The notes: generated by a model from the letters alone, not told the origin. A stretch of DNA of 64,000 nucleotides from Calditrichota bacterium (GCA_013150955.1 JAADJD010000027.1:33522-97521); one strand, 5' to 3'. Positions 30,434 through 40,457 are shown, counted from the first letter of the stretch. Translations and numbers: made by a program.

Positions 30434-31421
30434 TCGGGACGTTCTCACCAACGGATGGGAGTAAATAAAAAAAGGGAGCTTTTTTGGCTACCCTTTGTTC
30501 AGCGGGGCTCAGGAGACTCGAGACTTGCGCCCTTCCCGACGGTGTCGGGACGTTCTGACCAACGGAAGGGGTTGGGGAAAAAGAAAAGGGGAACGTTTGA
30601 AGCTCCCCTTTGGTTCAGCGGGGCCGACGAGACTCGGGGCCTGCGACCTTCCCGACGGTGTCGGGACGTTCTGACCAACTGAAGGGGTTGGGAAAAAGAA
30701 AGGGGAGCGTTTTGGGCTCCCCTTAGTTCAGCGGGGCCGACGAGACTCTGGGCTTGCGCCCTTCCCGACGATGTCGGGACGTTCTGACCAACTGAAGGGG
30801 TTGGGAAAAAGAAAGGGGAGCGTTTTGGGCTCCCCTTGGTTCAGCGGGGTCGAGTAGACTCGAGGCTTGCGCCCTTCCCGACGTTGTCGGGACGTTCTGA
30901 CCAACGGAAGGGGTTGGGAAAAAGAAAGGGAAGCGTTTTGGGCTCCCCTTTGGATCCGCGGGGCCGACGAGACTCGGCGTCTGCGACCTTCCCGACGATG
31001 TCGGGACGTTCTGACCAACGGAAGGGGTTGGGAAAAAGAAAGGGGAGCGTTTTGGGCTCCCCTTTGTTCAGCGGTGCTCAGGAGACTCGAGGCTTGCGCC
31101 CTTCCCGACGATGTCGGGACGTTCTCACCAACGGAAGGGGTTGGAGGAAAAAGAAAAGGGGAGCGTTTTGAGCTCCCCCTTTGTTCAGCGGTGCTCAGGA
31201 GACTCGAACTCGCGACCTTCCCGACGGTGTCGGGACGTTCTAACCAACGGAAGGGATTGGGGAAAAAGAAAAGGGGAGCGGTTTTGAGCTCCCCTTTGGA
31301 TCTGCGGGGCCGACGAGACTCTGGGCTTGCGCCCTTCCCGACGATGTCGGGACGTTCTGACCAACTGAAGGGATTGGGGAAAAAGAAAAGGGGAGCTTTT
31401 TTGAGCTCCCCTTTGGATCCG
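30434..31421 (-). repeat. tRNA-Asp-derived tandem array: 8 complete and 1 partial 113-117-bp tRNA-like units separated by terminator hairpins
   Basis: The acceptor-end motif recurs at + positions 30502, 30618, 30731, 30844, 30958, 31071, 31188, 31304 and (real tRNA) 31421. Confidence 0.95.
31380..31414 (-). terminator. intrinsic terminator of tRNA-Asp, repeated in every array unit
   Basis: Minus strand AAAGGGGAGCT-CAAAA-AGCTCCCCTTT followed by TCTTTTT. Confidence 0.85.
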
Positions 31422-31495
<74 letters not shown>

Positions 31496-31550
31496 GTTTG
31501 GCTATTTAAAGAACCGTTTACTTCCCCTCAAAGTTCCTCAAGGCGGCAAA

Positions 31551-31579
31551 AATATATAGTGGGTCGAGTGGAAAATCAA
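31551..31579 (-). promoter_or_regulatory. sigma70-type promoter for tRNA-Asp and possibly the array
   Basis: Minus strand TTGATT-N17-TATATT about 55 bp upstream of the tRNA. Confidence 0.65.
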
Positions 31580-31612
31580 GCATTTTTAAAAATCAAAAAT
31601 CGCCGTTTTGCC

Positions 31613-32989
31613 TTAGGTAATCCCATATTTCTTCAACTTGGACATGAAGGTGCTCCGGTGAATGCCCAGCTTTTCCGCCGTGCGCAACTTGTTGAAATTG
31701 TTCTCCCGCAGTGCCTTCAAAATAATCTGCTTTTCATAAGCATCCACCAGTTCATTTAACGAGCGGTTGGTATCGATTTCGAACGTTTCGGGTTCCTGGG
31801 ACTGCACCACGTAAGGCGGAAAATCCTTAATGGTCAAAATTCCCGTTTTGTTCAGCACGACGGCACGTTCCAGCAAATTTTCCAGCTCGCGAATATTCCC
31901 CGGCCAGTGGTACGATTGCAGATACTTCATGGCTTCATCATCCACGGCCTGAATCTGTTTATTGAATTCCCGGTTAAACTTCTCCAGAAAGTGGCTCACC
32001 AGCAGGGGAATATCGTCCCGCCGTTCCCGTAACGGAGGCACCTCGATGGGGATAACATTCAACCGGTAGTACAGGTCCTGACGGAATTCTCCCTTTTGCA
32101 TGGCTTCTTCCAGATTGCGGTTGGTGGCCGCGATGATGCGCACATCCACCTTAATCGTTTCCGTGCCGCCAACGCGTTCAAATTCTCCTTCCTGAATAAC
32201 CCGCAACAATTTCAATTGCATGTTGGGGGAAATGTCCCCAATTTCATCCAGAAAAATGGTTCCCCCGTGGGCCAGTTCAAAGCGCCCCAGTTTATCTTTG
32301 ATGGCCCCGGTAAAGGCGCCTTTCACGTGACCAAAAAGCTCACTTTCCAGCAGGTTTTCCGCCAGCACGGCACAATTCACCTTTACGAAAGGTTTTTTGG
32401 CACGATCGGAATTAAAGTGAATGGCGTGGGCAATCAGCTCTTTTCCGGTACCGCTCTCTCCCCGGATCAACACCGTGGAGCTGGTTTTGGCCACATCCTT
32501 AACCAGCTCGAACAGCTCCAGCATCTTTTTGTTTTTACCAACGATGTTGTCGAACTTGTATTTCTTGGCCAGTTTTTCTCGCAGGTATTCATTTTCCCGG
32601 ATAAGGGATTTTAGCTGGGCAATGGTTTCGACCTTGGCCACAATTTCATCCAGCCGCAGCGGTTTCAGGATGTAGTCCTTGGCCCCTTTCTTCATGGCCT
32701 CCACCGCCGTTTCGATGGTGCCGTGGGCGGTGATCATGATGACCGCAATGTCCGGGTACTTCTTGCTCACCACGTCCAGCAACTTCATCCCGTCCATTTC
32801 CGGCATCACCAAATCGGAAATCATAATGTCCGGTTCGTGGTCGCGAATGATGCTCAGGGCTTCCAGGCCGTTCCGGGCCGTGTACGTCTCGTATCCGTTC
32901 TTTTGAAACAGCTCCTCCATTAAGTCCAGTGCATCCACTTCGTCGTCCACAATGAGAATTCGGGTTTTCAATGCGTTACCCTCCTGCAT
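31613..32989 (-). CDS. NtrC/AtoC-family sigma54-dependent response regulator
   Basis: REC (IVDDE, SDLVMP, KP), GESGTGKE, GAFTGA, WPGNIRELEN, Fis-type HTH. Confidence 0.96.
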   Translation of the reverse strand: MQEGNALKTRILIVDDEVDALDLMEELFQKNGYETYTARNGLEALSIIRDHEPDIMISDLVMPEMDGMKLLDVVSKKYPDIAVIMITAHGTIETAVEAMKKGAKDYILKPLRLDEIVAKVETIAQLKSLIRENEYLREKLAKKYKFDNIVGKNKKMLELFELVKDVAKTSSTVLIRGESGTGKELIAHAIHFNSDRAKKPFVKVNCAVLAENLLESELFGHVKGAFTGAIKDKLGRFELAHGGTIFLDEIGDISPNMQLKLLRVIQEGEFERVGGTETIKVDVRIIAATNRNLEEAMQKGEFRQDLYYRLNVIPIEVPPLRERRDDIPLLVSHFLEKFNREFNKQIQAVDDEAMKYLQSYHWPGNIRELENLLERAVVLNKTGILTIKDFPPYVVQSQEPETFEIDTNRSLNELVDAYEKQIILKALRENNFNKLRTAEKLGIHRSTFMSKLKKYGIT

Positions 32990-33003
32990 ATGGTTATGGT
33001 CGC

Positions 33004-34527
33004 TTATTTATTTCGCTTTTTACTACGGGTGGTCGTTGACCGGCTTTCGGTGTTGGGAGCCGGTTGCCGATCGTATACCGGAAATTCAATGACCAGGGTG
33101 GAGGTTTGCTGTTCGTCTTCATCGATGCGCAGGGTGCCGCCGTAGTTGGAGAAGATCGTGTGCACGATGGCCGATTCCAGGCTCGACCCCGAGGTTGCCG
33201 ATTGCGTAAGCAGCCGGAATGGTTCAAATGTTTTTGCCAGATTGTGTTTGCCTTCGGGAACAAATTCCAGACGAACCCGCGGTTTGGGTGAAAAGGCCTT
33301 CGACACATGGGCGCTGATGGTTAAACCGATGGGCTCGCTTGTCATATTCTGGAATCCCAGAAACAGATAATGGAACGCATCCTCAAACTGATACTTATTC
33401 GCCTCGATGCGAACCTCCCGTACCGCCGGTTGAAAATCCATTTTAAAGCGCACGTTGGAGTATTGCTCCTGCCGCTTTTGGATGAAATTTTCAAGAAACT
33501 CCGTGATGGAAAAGATTTCCGGAATGGTATCGTCCCAGTTAACATTAAATTTCAGCAACTGGGTAACAATGTAGGAAATGCGATCGATTTGCCGCTGAAT
33601 AATCTCGAAACTCTTCTGGTATCGCCGATCGGTGAAGTCCTTTTTTAACAGCTGAATGCGTCCGGAAAGGATGTTAATGGGATTGCGAATCTCGTGAGCC
33701 AGTGCATTGGCCAGATTGGCGATGCTGGCCAGTTTTTCCTTGCGCAACAACTGGTTGAACAGTTCGTTCTGAAACGTGGTGTTCTCCAGAGTAATGATCA
33801 GTCCGGCCGTTTGACTCCCGTTTTCATGAAGAAAGTCCGCACTGAGGTTAACGTCCAGCTTCTGCTGATTGTCCACCCGCAGGGTCACCCGGTAGCCACC
33901 CACCGGTTTCCCGATCATTAACTGATGATACACGTGGTTCAGCACCTTGTACCCGTCAATGATGTAATTCTGCAGGTTCTGGTTGAACAGTTCATCAAAG
34001 GATGTTTTCAGGAATTCCTCGGCCGTGCTATTGCAGTACTGGATTAAAAAATCCAGGTTGACCACAAAAATGGCCTCGCTGCTACTGTTCAACAGATTTT
34101 CATAAAAGCGACGGGTTTTCTGGTTTTCTTCGATCAGTCGTTGATTTTCTTCCCGCAGGTTCAGGTGGGTGGTAGCCTGCAGCAGCGCCGCGTTGAGGGC
34201 CTCTACCGGAAACGGTTTCAACAGGTACGCGTCCACGCCATAGTTCAGCGCGCTGATGGTATTTTCCAGCGTGGCATTTCCCGTGATGACGATGGTGTAC
34301 GCATGGGGAAAGCGATGTTTCAGGCGCTCGTACACCTGCAATCCGGTACCATCGGGCAGCACCATGTCCAGTATGGCGATGTCGATCTTTTGCTGTTCAA
34401 TCAGCGTGCGGGCATCGGACAGGGAATGACCGACGAACACATCGTAACCCAGTGACCGAAGGTGCTTTTCCAGGTCTAAGCAAATTTCTTTTTCATCATC
34501 AATGAGTAAAACTTTCCAGGGGGTCAT
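33004..34527 (-). CDS. REC-PAS-HisKA protein with degenerate HATPase domain
   Basis: REC (IDDE, LDMVLP, KP), PAS-like region, H-box LAHEIRNPIN; N, G1 and G2 boxes not conserved. Confidence 0.88.
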   Translation of the reverse strand: MTPWKVLLIDDEKEICLDLEKHLRSLGYDVFVGHSLSDARTLIEQQKIDIAILDMVLPDGTGLQVYERLKHRFPHAYTIVITGNATLENTISALNYGVDAYLLKPFPVEALNAALLQATTHLNLREENQRLIEENQKTRRFYENLLNSSSEAIFVVNLDFLIQYCNSTAEEFLKTSFDELFNQNLQNYIIDGYKVLNHVYHQLMIGKPVGGYRVTLRVDNQQKLDVNLSADFLHENGSQTAGLIITLENTTFQNELFNQLLRKEKLASIANLANALAHEIRNPINILSGRIQLLKKDFTDRRYQKSFEIIQRQIDRISYIVTQLLKFNVNWDDTIPEIFSITEFLENFIQKRQEQYSNVRFKMDFQPAVREVRIEANKYQFEDAFHYLFLGFQNMTSEPIGLTISAHVSKAFSPKPRVRLEFVPEGKHNLAKTFEPFRLLTQSATSGSSLESAIVHTIFSNYGGTLRIDEDEQQTSTLVIEFPVYDRQPAPNTESRSTTTRSKKRNK

Positions 34528-34540
34528 GGGAATTCCTGTT

Positions 34541-36004
34541 CTATGATTGCTGCAATTGTTCCTGAAGCCGTTCTTTTCTGGCCAGGAAATTTTTTAGTCG
34601 ACGCAACACCACCTCTTTTCCCAGTACCACCATGAGTTCGAACAAACCCGGGGTGACGGTCTGTCCACTGATGGCCAGTCGAACGGGATGAATCAATTTG
34701 GCAGCCGAGATGCCTTTTTGCTCGGCGAATTCACGCAGCAGTTGTTCTACCGTGGCTTCGGTGAAGGGTTCCAGCTGTTCCAGTTGCTGAGTCCATTCGG
34801 CCAGATATTCCCAGATTTCCGGACGCTTCAGATGTTTGCGCAATCCTTTCTCGTCGTAGGTTTCCGGATCACGGTAAAAATACATTGCGGAATCGACAAA
34901 TTCGGTTAACAACTTCACCCGGCTTTTCAGCAGGTCTATGACCTGTAACAGGTAGGGTTTTTGCCGAATGGCTTCGCTTTCGCTCATCACTCCGCGTTCG
35001 ACCAGCACCTCCATCACCAGCGCCCACAGGCGTTCGGTGGAGGTTTGGCTGATGTATTGTCCGTTCATCCAGATGAGTTTCTTTTCGTCGAAGACGGCGT
35101 TATTCCGGGAAATCCCCTCCAGAGAAAATCGCTGGAGGATTTCATCGCGGGAAAGGATTTCCCGGTCGTCTCCCGGTGACCATCCCAGCAGCGCCAGATA
35201 ATTGAACAACGCATCGGCCAGGATGCCTTTTTGACGGTATTCGTCCACCGAAGTCGCCCCGTGGCGTTTGCTCAGCCGTTTCCTGTCCGGCCCCAGGATC
35301 AGGGGAACGTGAGCAAATTGGGGAACGTCCCAGCCAAATGCCTGATAAAGTAAGATTTGTTTGGGGGTATTGGAAATATGATCGTCCCCGCGAATGACGT
35401 GAGTAATCCCCATGTAGTGGTCATCCACCACCACCGCCAGCTGGTAAATCGGGCTGCCATCGGAGCGGAGGATGATAAAGTCATCGATTTCGCGATTTTG
35501 CACTTCAATGGGGCCGTGGACGCCATCCACCCATCGGGTGGTGCCTTCCGGCACTTTGAAACGGATGGCAAACGGAATGCCCGCGGCCATGCGATCCTTA
35601 ACCTCCTGGGGGCTCAGGCGTCGGCAGGTGCCATCATAGCGGTAGGCCCGTTTCTCGGCCGCTGCCCGGGCACGCTTTTCGTCCAGTTCTTCTTTGGTGC
35701 AGAAGCAGGGGTACGCATGCCCACTGCGTACCAGCTGATGGGCGTGTTCCCGATGAATGGCCGCGCGCCGGCCCTGATAAATCACCTCTTCATCCCAGGT
35801 CAGTCCCAGCCAGACCAGGCCCTCAAAGATCTGGCGGGTCATCTCTTCACTGGAACGCTCTTTGTCGGTATCCTCGATCCGTAACAGGAATTTGCCCTGA
35901 TGTTTTCGAGCAAACAGCCAGTTGAACAAAGCCGTTCGGGCACCTCCAACGTGTAAATACCCGGTGGGACTGGGAGCAAATCGCGTGCGCACTTCGGTTG
36001 CCAT
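34541..36004 (-). CDS. gltX: glutamate--tRNA ligase
   Basis: RFAPSPTGYLHVGG, LRIEDTD, VIRGDDH, LSKR. Confidence 0.98.
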   Translation of the reverse strand: MATEVRTRFAPSPTGYLHVGGARTALFNWLFARKHQGKFLLRIEDTDKERSSEEMTRQIFEGLVWLGLTWDEEVIYQGRRAAIHREHAHQLVRSGHAYPCFCTKEELDEKRARAAAEKRAYRYDGTCRRLSPQEVKDRMAAGIPFAIRFKVPEGTTRWVDGVHGPIEVQNREIDDFIILRSDGSPIYQLAVVVDDHYMGITHVIRGDDHISNTPKQILLYQAFGWDVPQFAHVPLILGPDRKRLSKRHGATSVDEYRQKGILADALFNYLALLGWSPGDDREILSRDEILQRFSLEGISRNNAVFDEKKLIWMNGQYISQTSTERLWALVMEVLVERGVMSESEAIRQKPYLLQVIDLLKSRVKLLTEFVDSAMYFYRDPETYDEKGLRKHLKRPEIWEYLAEWTQQLEQLEPFTEATVEQLLREFAEQKGISAAKLIHPVRLAISGQTVTPGLFELMVVLGKEVVLRRLKNFLARKERLQEQLQQS

Positions 36005-36301
36005 ACGATAATCATCCTTTGTCGTTTCGAATGCTTCTCCACACTGTCTATTTTTTGGACAATATAGGATATATCGACACCGGCGTCAAATTCTTTTGCA
36101 TTCCATGAAAAAAAGTGTCAGAATTTTCACCACTTTTGTCCACTTCGGCGACAGCGAGTGGCAGGGTGTTTAAAAATGCAACATACGGCATGCATGCAAA
36201 GAAAATTCCGGATTTGTCATTTTTAAGAAAGGGTTTCAAAAAAGCTTCCTTTCGTGTAAACTATGGAAACGGATGAACCGAAAAGCGAGGCTCGCACGCA
36301 T

Positions 36302-37288
36302 ATGAAGGTGTTTGTTACCGGAGCAACGGGATTTGTGGGCAGCTGGGTGGTGGCGGAGTTTATTCGACAGTATCCAGAGGCGCAGCTGGTTTGTCTGGTG
36401 CGGCCCACCAGTAACCTGCGCTGGTTGCAGCATCAGCCGGTCATTTTATTTACCGGAAGCCTGACCGATCCCGAAAGCCTGTTACCGGCCCTGGAGGGTG
36501 TGGATTACGTCTTGCACATCGCCGGGGTCACCAAGGCACTGCATATTGCCGATTATTATCGGGGCAATGTTGCAGCCACGCAGAATTTACTGGAGGCGGT
36601 GTATCGGGCAGCGCCAGATGTACAGAAAGTGGTTCACATCAGCAGTCAGGCAGCGGTGGGGCCATCGCCTTCCCCCGAACCCATCGACGAATCCCATCCC
36701 TGTCACCCGATTACGGATTACGGAAAGAGCAAACTGGAAAGCGAAAAAATCGCCCGGCAGTGGATGGATCGACTTCCCATTACCATCCTGCGCCCTCCAG
36801 CCGTTTACGGCCCCCGGGATACGGATGTTTTTCAGGTGTTTAAGAACCTGAAGTGGGGAATTGAGCTGAAGATTGGGGGGCGGGAACAATGGGTGAGCAT
36901 CATTCACGTATTCGATCTGGCCCGGGGGATCGTGCTGGCGGCCACCCATCCGGCTTCCGCCGGAGAAACCTACTTTGTTTGCAATGATGATGTGTATCCC
37001 TGGTCGCATATTACCCGGCTGCTGCAGCAGATTATAGGGAAAAAAGCCGTCACCCTCTCCATTCCCTATCCCATTGCTTACGGGGCAGCGGCCATCATCG
37101 AGGCGGTGGCGTATTTACGGAGAAAGCCCACCATTTTGAACCGCCAGAAGATGCGCGAAGTCCGCCAGCCATACTGGGGCATTTCCAACCGTAAGATCAA
37201 GCAACAGCTGGGCTTCCGGCAATCCATTTCCCTGGAAGAGGGGCTGCGCCAGACGTTTCAATGGTACCTGGAACAGGGATGGCTGTAA
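36302..37288 (+). CDS. NAD-dependent epimerase/dehydratase (extended SDR)
   Basis: TGATGFVG, YGKSK, RPPAVYGPRD. Confidence 0.92.
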   Translation: MKVFVTGATGFVGSWVVAEFIRQYPEAQLVCLVRPTSNLRWLQHQPVILFTGSLTDPESLLPALEGVDYVLHIAGVTKALHIADYYRGNVAATQNLLEAVYRAAPDVQKVVHISSQAAVGPSPSPEPIDESHPCHPITDYGKSKLESEKIARQWMDRLPITILRPPAVYGPRDTDVFQVFKNLKWGIELKIGGREQWVSIIHVFDLARGIVLAATHPASAGETYFVCNDDVYPWSHITRLLQQIIGKKAVTLSIPYPIAYGAAAIIEAVAYLRRKPTILNRQKMREVRQPYWGISNRKIKQQLGFRQSISLEEGLRQTFQWYLEQGWL

Positions 37289-37422
37289 AGGCGGCGCCGC
37301 ATGGCGTTGGCCGGGTAGCCGGTTGTTTTTACAGGAGATTCATTTTGCTGGATTGGTACGGTGGTGGGATGACTCTTCAGACAGGACGCGAATTTGAGGT
37401 TTTTCCAGCCGGAGATGTTTGA

Positions 37423-37590
37423 CCCGGATTAATCATTAAACCACGAATTACACGGATGAACACAAATAAAATTAATATGAAATAAATTTAATTGTATCTG
37501 GATGAAAACTTGTTTTCGTGATTTATTCGCGATTTTGTGGATGGATTTTGGTTGCATTCGTGTGATTCGCGGTTTAACACATTATTCAGG
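37423..37590. mobile_element. degenerate MITE-like element
   Basis: CCCGGATT...ACGAAT repeats...TATCTGGATGAAA core...ATTATTCAGG; duplication not preserved. Confidence 0.75.
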
Positions 37591-37732
37591 ATAAGGTCGG
37601 AGGCCTGGAGTACAGCCGGTTCAGCGGACGGTTTTTGTTCAACACCCGGTTTTGAAAATCAGAAAAATCTTCGGAAACCTCAAGATTCCGTTATAAATTT
37701 GGCATTGCGGATGAGAAAATGTGAGGAGACAT

Positions 37733-39019
37733 ATGCCATTAACCCCTGAAGAGGAAAAGCGTTTACGGGAACAGATCCGTAAGGAGCTGGAGGAGCGTGA
37801 GCGTCGCGCGCGGGAAAGCAAGCAGAAGGAAGAGGAGGAACGGCAGCGCCGGCTGGAGGAGCGCCTGCGGCTGAAAATTCGGGAGGAGGAAGAAGAGCGC
37901 TTTTATACCGAAAAGGGTTATGTGAAATACATCAATCACCGCGGCGGGGTGGAGTGGATCACCCCGGAGGAAGCAAAAGCCCGGGAAGAACGCCGGCGAA
38001 AGAAGAAGCCTTCCCGTCACCGGAGCTCCCATCGGCGCCGCAAATGGATGCGCCTGCTGGTCAATGCCGGGTTGGTTCTGGTGGCCTTGATGGTTTTTGC
38101 GTTTCTGTACAAGTACAATTTTACCCGCGGGCCGGTGTTTGGAAAGGTGCTGGTGGTGACCGACATTCCCGGAGCCCAGATTTATCTGGATGGGATGGAG
38201 ATGAAAGGGTTTACCCCGGATACCCTTCTGCGGGTCAAGACCGGGGTGCATTATATATCGGTGTACAAGGAAGGATATTCCGCCTGGCCGCCCATGCAGC
38301 GGGTTGCGGTGGGGAAAAGCAAGCTTACTGAGGTGCGCTTCAAACTGCGGGGACTGGCTCCGATGGGCGAGGTGATTATTGAAACCGATCGATCCCCCTT
38401 CCAGTTGTTCATCGATGGGGTGCCGCACCCGATGGAAGGGCCGGTGTTGAAAGTGCCGGTCGGCTACCATGTTTTTACGGTGGTGAAGAAAGGATTTCTC
38501 GCGCGTCCGCTATATCATCGCGTGCTGGTGGAAGAAGGAAAAACCCAGACTCTCAACTTCACCTTTCAGCCGGTGGCCGAGTATGGTTACCTGCGGGTTT
38601 CCAGTAATGAATCCCAGGCCTGGGTTTACATTGATAATCAGTTTTCGGGTTTCAAGGCCAATCACCAGTGGATCCCTGTGGAACCGGGCATCTATGATGT
38701 GCGCGTTCGGAAAAACGGATTTCAGGTCAGCCCGGATTACGAAACAGTGAACATTCTCCCCGGTGAGCTGCAGTCCCTGGTCTTCGATCTGCAACCGGTG
38801 GAAGATTTTCGAGAAATCAATATCCGAACGCAGGAGCCGGGTGCCGCCGTTATCCTGAATGGCGAATGGCTACCCTTTGTCACGCCCCTGATGCAGTTTC
38901 GCATCTCCGCAGGGGATCACTTTCTGAATTTTATGCGCAACGGAAAACTGTACAGCGCTACCGACGTGCACATCGATTCGCGAAAGATTACCGCGGGTGA
39001 GCTGTATTTTCGATTCTGA
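37733..39019 (+). CDS. PEGA-domain membrane protein with charged N-terminal coiled coil
   Basis: E/R/K-rich N-terminus, one TM helix, repeated PEGA-like units (TDIPGAQIYLDG...TP; QEPGAAVILNG...TP). Confidence 0.85.
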   Translation: MPLTPEEEKRLREQIRKELEERERRARESKQKEEEERQRRLEERLRLKIREEEEERFYTEKGYVKYINHRGGVEWITPEEAKAREERRRKKKPSRHRSSHRRRKWMRLLVNAGLVLVALMVFAFLYKYNFTRGPVFGKVLVVTDIPGAQIYLDGMEMKGFTPDTLLRVKTGVHYISVYKEGYSAWPPMQRVAVGKSKLTEVRFKLRGLAPMGEVIIETDRSPFQLFIDGVPHPMEGPVLKVPVGYHVFTVVKKGFLARPLYHRVLVEEGKTQTLNFTFQPVAEYGYLRVSSNESQAWVYIDNQFSGFKANHQWIPVEPGIYDVRVRKNGFQVSPDYETVNILPGELQSLVFDLQPVEDFREINIRTQEPGAAVILNGEWLPFVTPLMQFRISAGDHFLNFMRNGKLYSATDVHIDSRKITAGELYFRF

Positions 39020-39148
39020 ACGGTGCCGGAGAACCACGCCCGCAACGAATTTTTGAGAAAATTCCCTCGTCTCTGCAAGTCTGGACAGGGGATAGAATGA
39101 GCGTGTTTTCGATAGATTTCGGAGCGGGATTCAGATGGTTCGTTTTAA

Positions 39149-39310
39149 CCCGGATAATGCATGAAACCACGAATCACACGAATGAATCCAAAAATATCAA
39201 TAAAATCACGAATAATCCCCGGAACTATTTTTATTCAGATATAACTGATGTATTTTATTGTTATTATTCGTTTTAATTCGTGTAATTCGTAGACTATTGC
39301 ATAATCTGGG
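39149..39310. mobile_element. MITE-like element, reverse orientation
   Basis: CCCGGATAATGCA...TGCATAATCTGGG; flanks TTTAA/TTCAT. Confidence 0.8.
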
Positions 39311-39405
39311 TTCATCAGGTAAAAGGATTGTTTTCCGGGAAGTGAGTCGTTTTCGTACGTCTGCTTTTCTCTGCTGAGTTTCCGCAATGAGAAAGGATCG
39401 GAGAG

Positions 39406-40263
39406 ATGGATGACAAACCATTGGCTGTGTTTTACCAGGGGGTAGAGGCCTCTCTGAAAGCGGCTCTGGAGGATTTCCGCCGAACTCATGTACCCCGCTC
39501 CCGGCGCATTGGCGATACAAATTGGGAGTACCTGCTCACTGGATCGGGAGATGAGACGGTGCTGTTTTTACACGGAATGGCAGGTGCCTGGGACATCTGG
39601 TGGCAACAAATTCTGGCGCTTCGGGAGCATTTCCGAATCCTTTCGCTGACCTATCCACCGGTTTATCCTCTGGCCGCACTGGAGCAGGGCATTCTGGCAC
39701 TGCTGGATCAGGAAGGCATTGAAAAAGTGCATCTGGTTGGCACCTCGCTGGGAGGCTACCTGGCCCAGTATCTCTTTAGCCGACAGCCGTACCGGGTGCT
39801 CCGCGTGGTGCTGTCCAATACTTTTCCTCCCAATTCATTGATTGCCCGGAAACATCGGTTTACCGGCAAATGGTTGCCGCTTGTCCCCGAAAAAATCTTG
39901 CTGCACCAATTCCGAAAACATGTGCAGCGGGTGATTTATCCCACTTCGGGGTATGACGAATTAACACGAGCCATGCTGATGGAGATGTTCCAGGAGCGCA
40001 TTCACAAAGCCCACATTCTGGCCCGGTTTCGGTGTGTGATGGAATCCTTCCCACTCCGTGTGCCAGAGGTGCCGCTGTTGATCATCGAGTCGGCCAACGA
40101 TCCCTTGGTGGAACTCGAGCTGCGCGCATTGTTGCGCAAGGCTTATCCCGATGCCCGCGTGTTTACCTTTCCAGATGCCGGACATTTCCCTTATTTGAAT
40201 CGCGCACAGGAATATTCCCGGCAACTGTTAACCTTCCTAAAGGAACCGGTTCAACTGAAGTGA
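39406..40263 (+). CDS. alpha/beta hydrolase
   Basis: FLHG, nucleophile elbow GTSLGG, NDPLV, AGHFPY. Confidence 0.9.
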   Translation: MDDKPLAVFYQGVEASLKAALEDFRRTHVPRSRRIGDTNWEYLLTGSGDETVLFLHGMAGAWDIWWQQILALREHFRILSLTYPPVYPLAALEQGILALLDQEGIEKVHLVGTSLGGYLAQYLFSRQPYRVLRVVLSNTFPPNSLIARKHRFTGKWLPLVPEKILLHQFRKHVQRVIYPTSGYDELTRAMLMEMFQERIHKAHILARFRCVMESFPLRVPEVPLLIIESANDPLVELELRALLRKAYPDARVFTFPDAGHFPYLNRAQEYSRQLLTFLKEPVQLK

Positions 40264-40293
40264 TGGGAAAGGGTTGCCGGTTAAGCAATTAAA

Positions 40294-40457
40294 CCCAAAT
40301 TATGCAATAGCCTACGAATGACCCGAATGAACACCAACAGAAATAATAAAATGTACTGGATTCTATCCGGATGAAAATGTTTCCTGAATATATTCGCTAT
40401 TTTGTTGATTTTTTTCGAATTCATTCGCGTGATTCGCGGTTTAATGCTTTATTTGGG
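40294..40457. mobile_element. MITE-like element
   Basis: CCCAAATTATGCA...TGCTTTATTTGGG, 164 bp; flanks do not match. Confidence 0.8.

Noticed and set aside
30502-31370. Eight additional functional tRNA genes (Asp-ATC, Gly-ACC, Val-AAC)
   Set aside because: The 5' acceptor strand is missing, U33 is absent, the anticodon loop is zipped to a triloop, and most T-loops are altered.
30434-31421. CRISPR array interpretation of the ~115-bp periodic repeat
   Set aside because: There are no unique spacers (whole units are homologous), the sequence derives from tRNA-Asp and its terminator, and no cas genes are in the window.
31561-31569. 9-bp match (GGGTCGAGT) between the tRNA-Asp promoter spacer and the acceptor allele of the unit at 30844
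   Set aside because: Too short to distinguish from chance.
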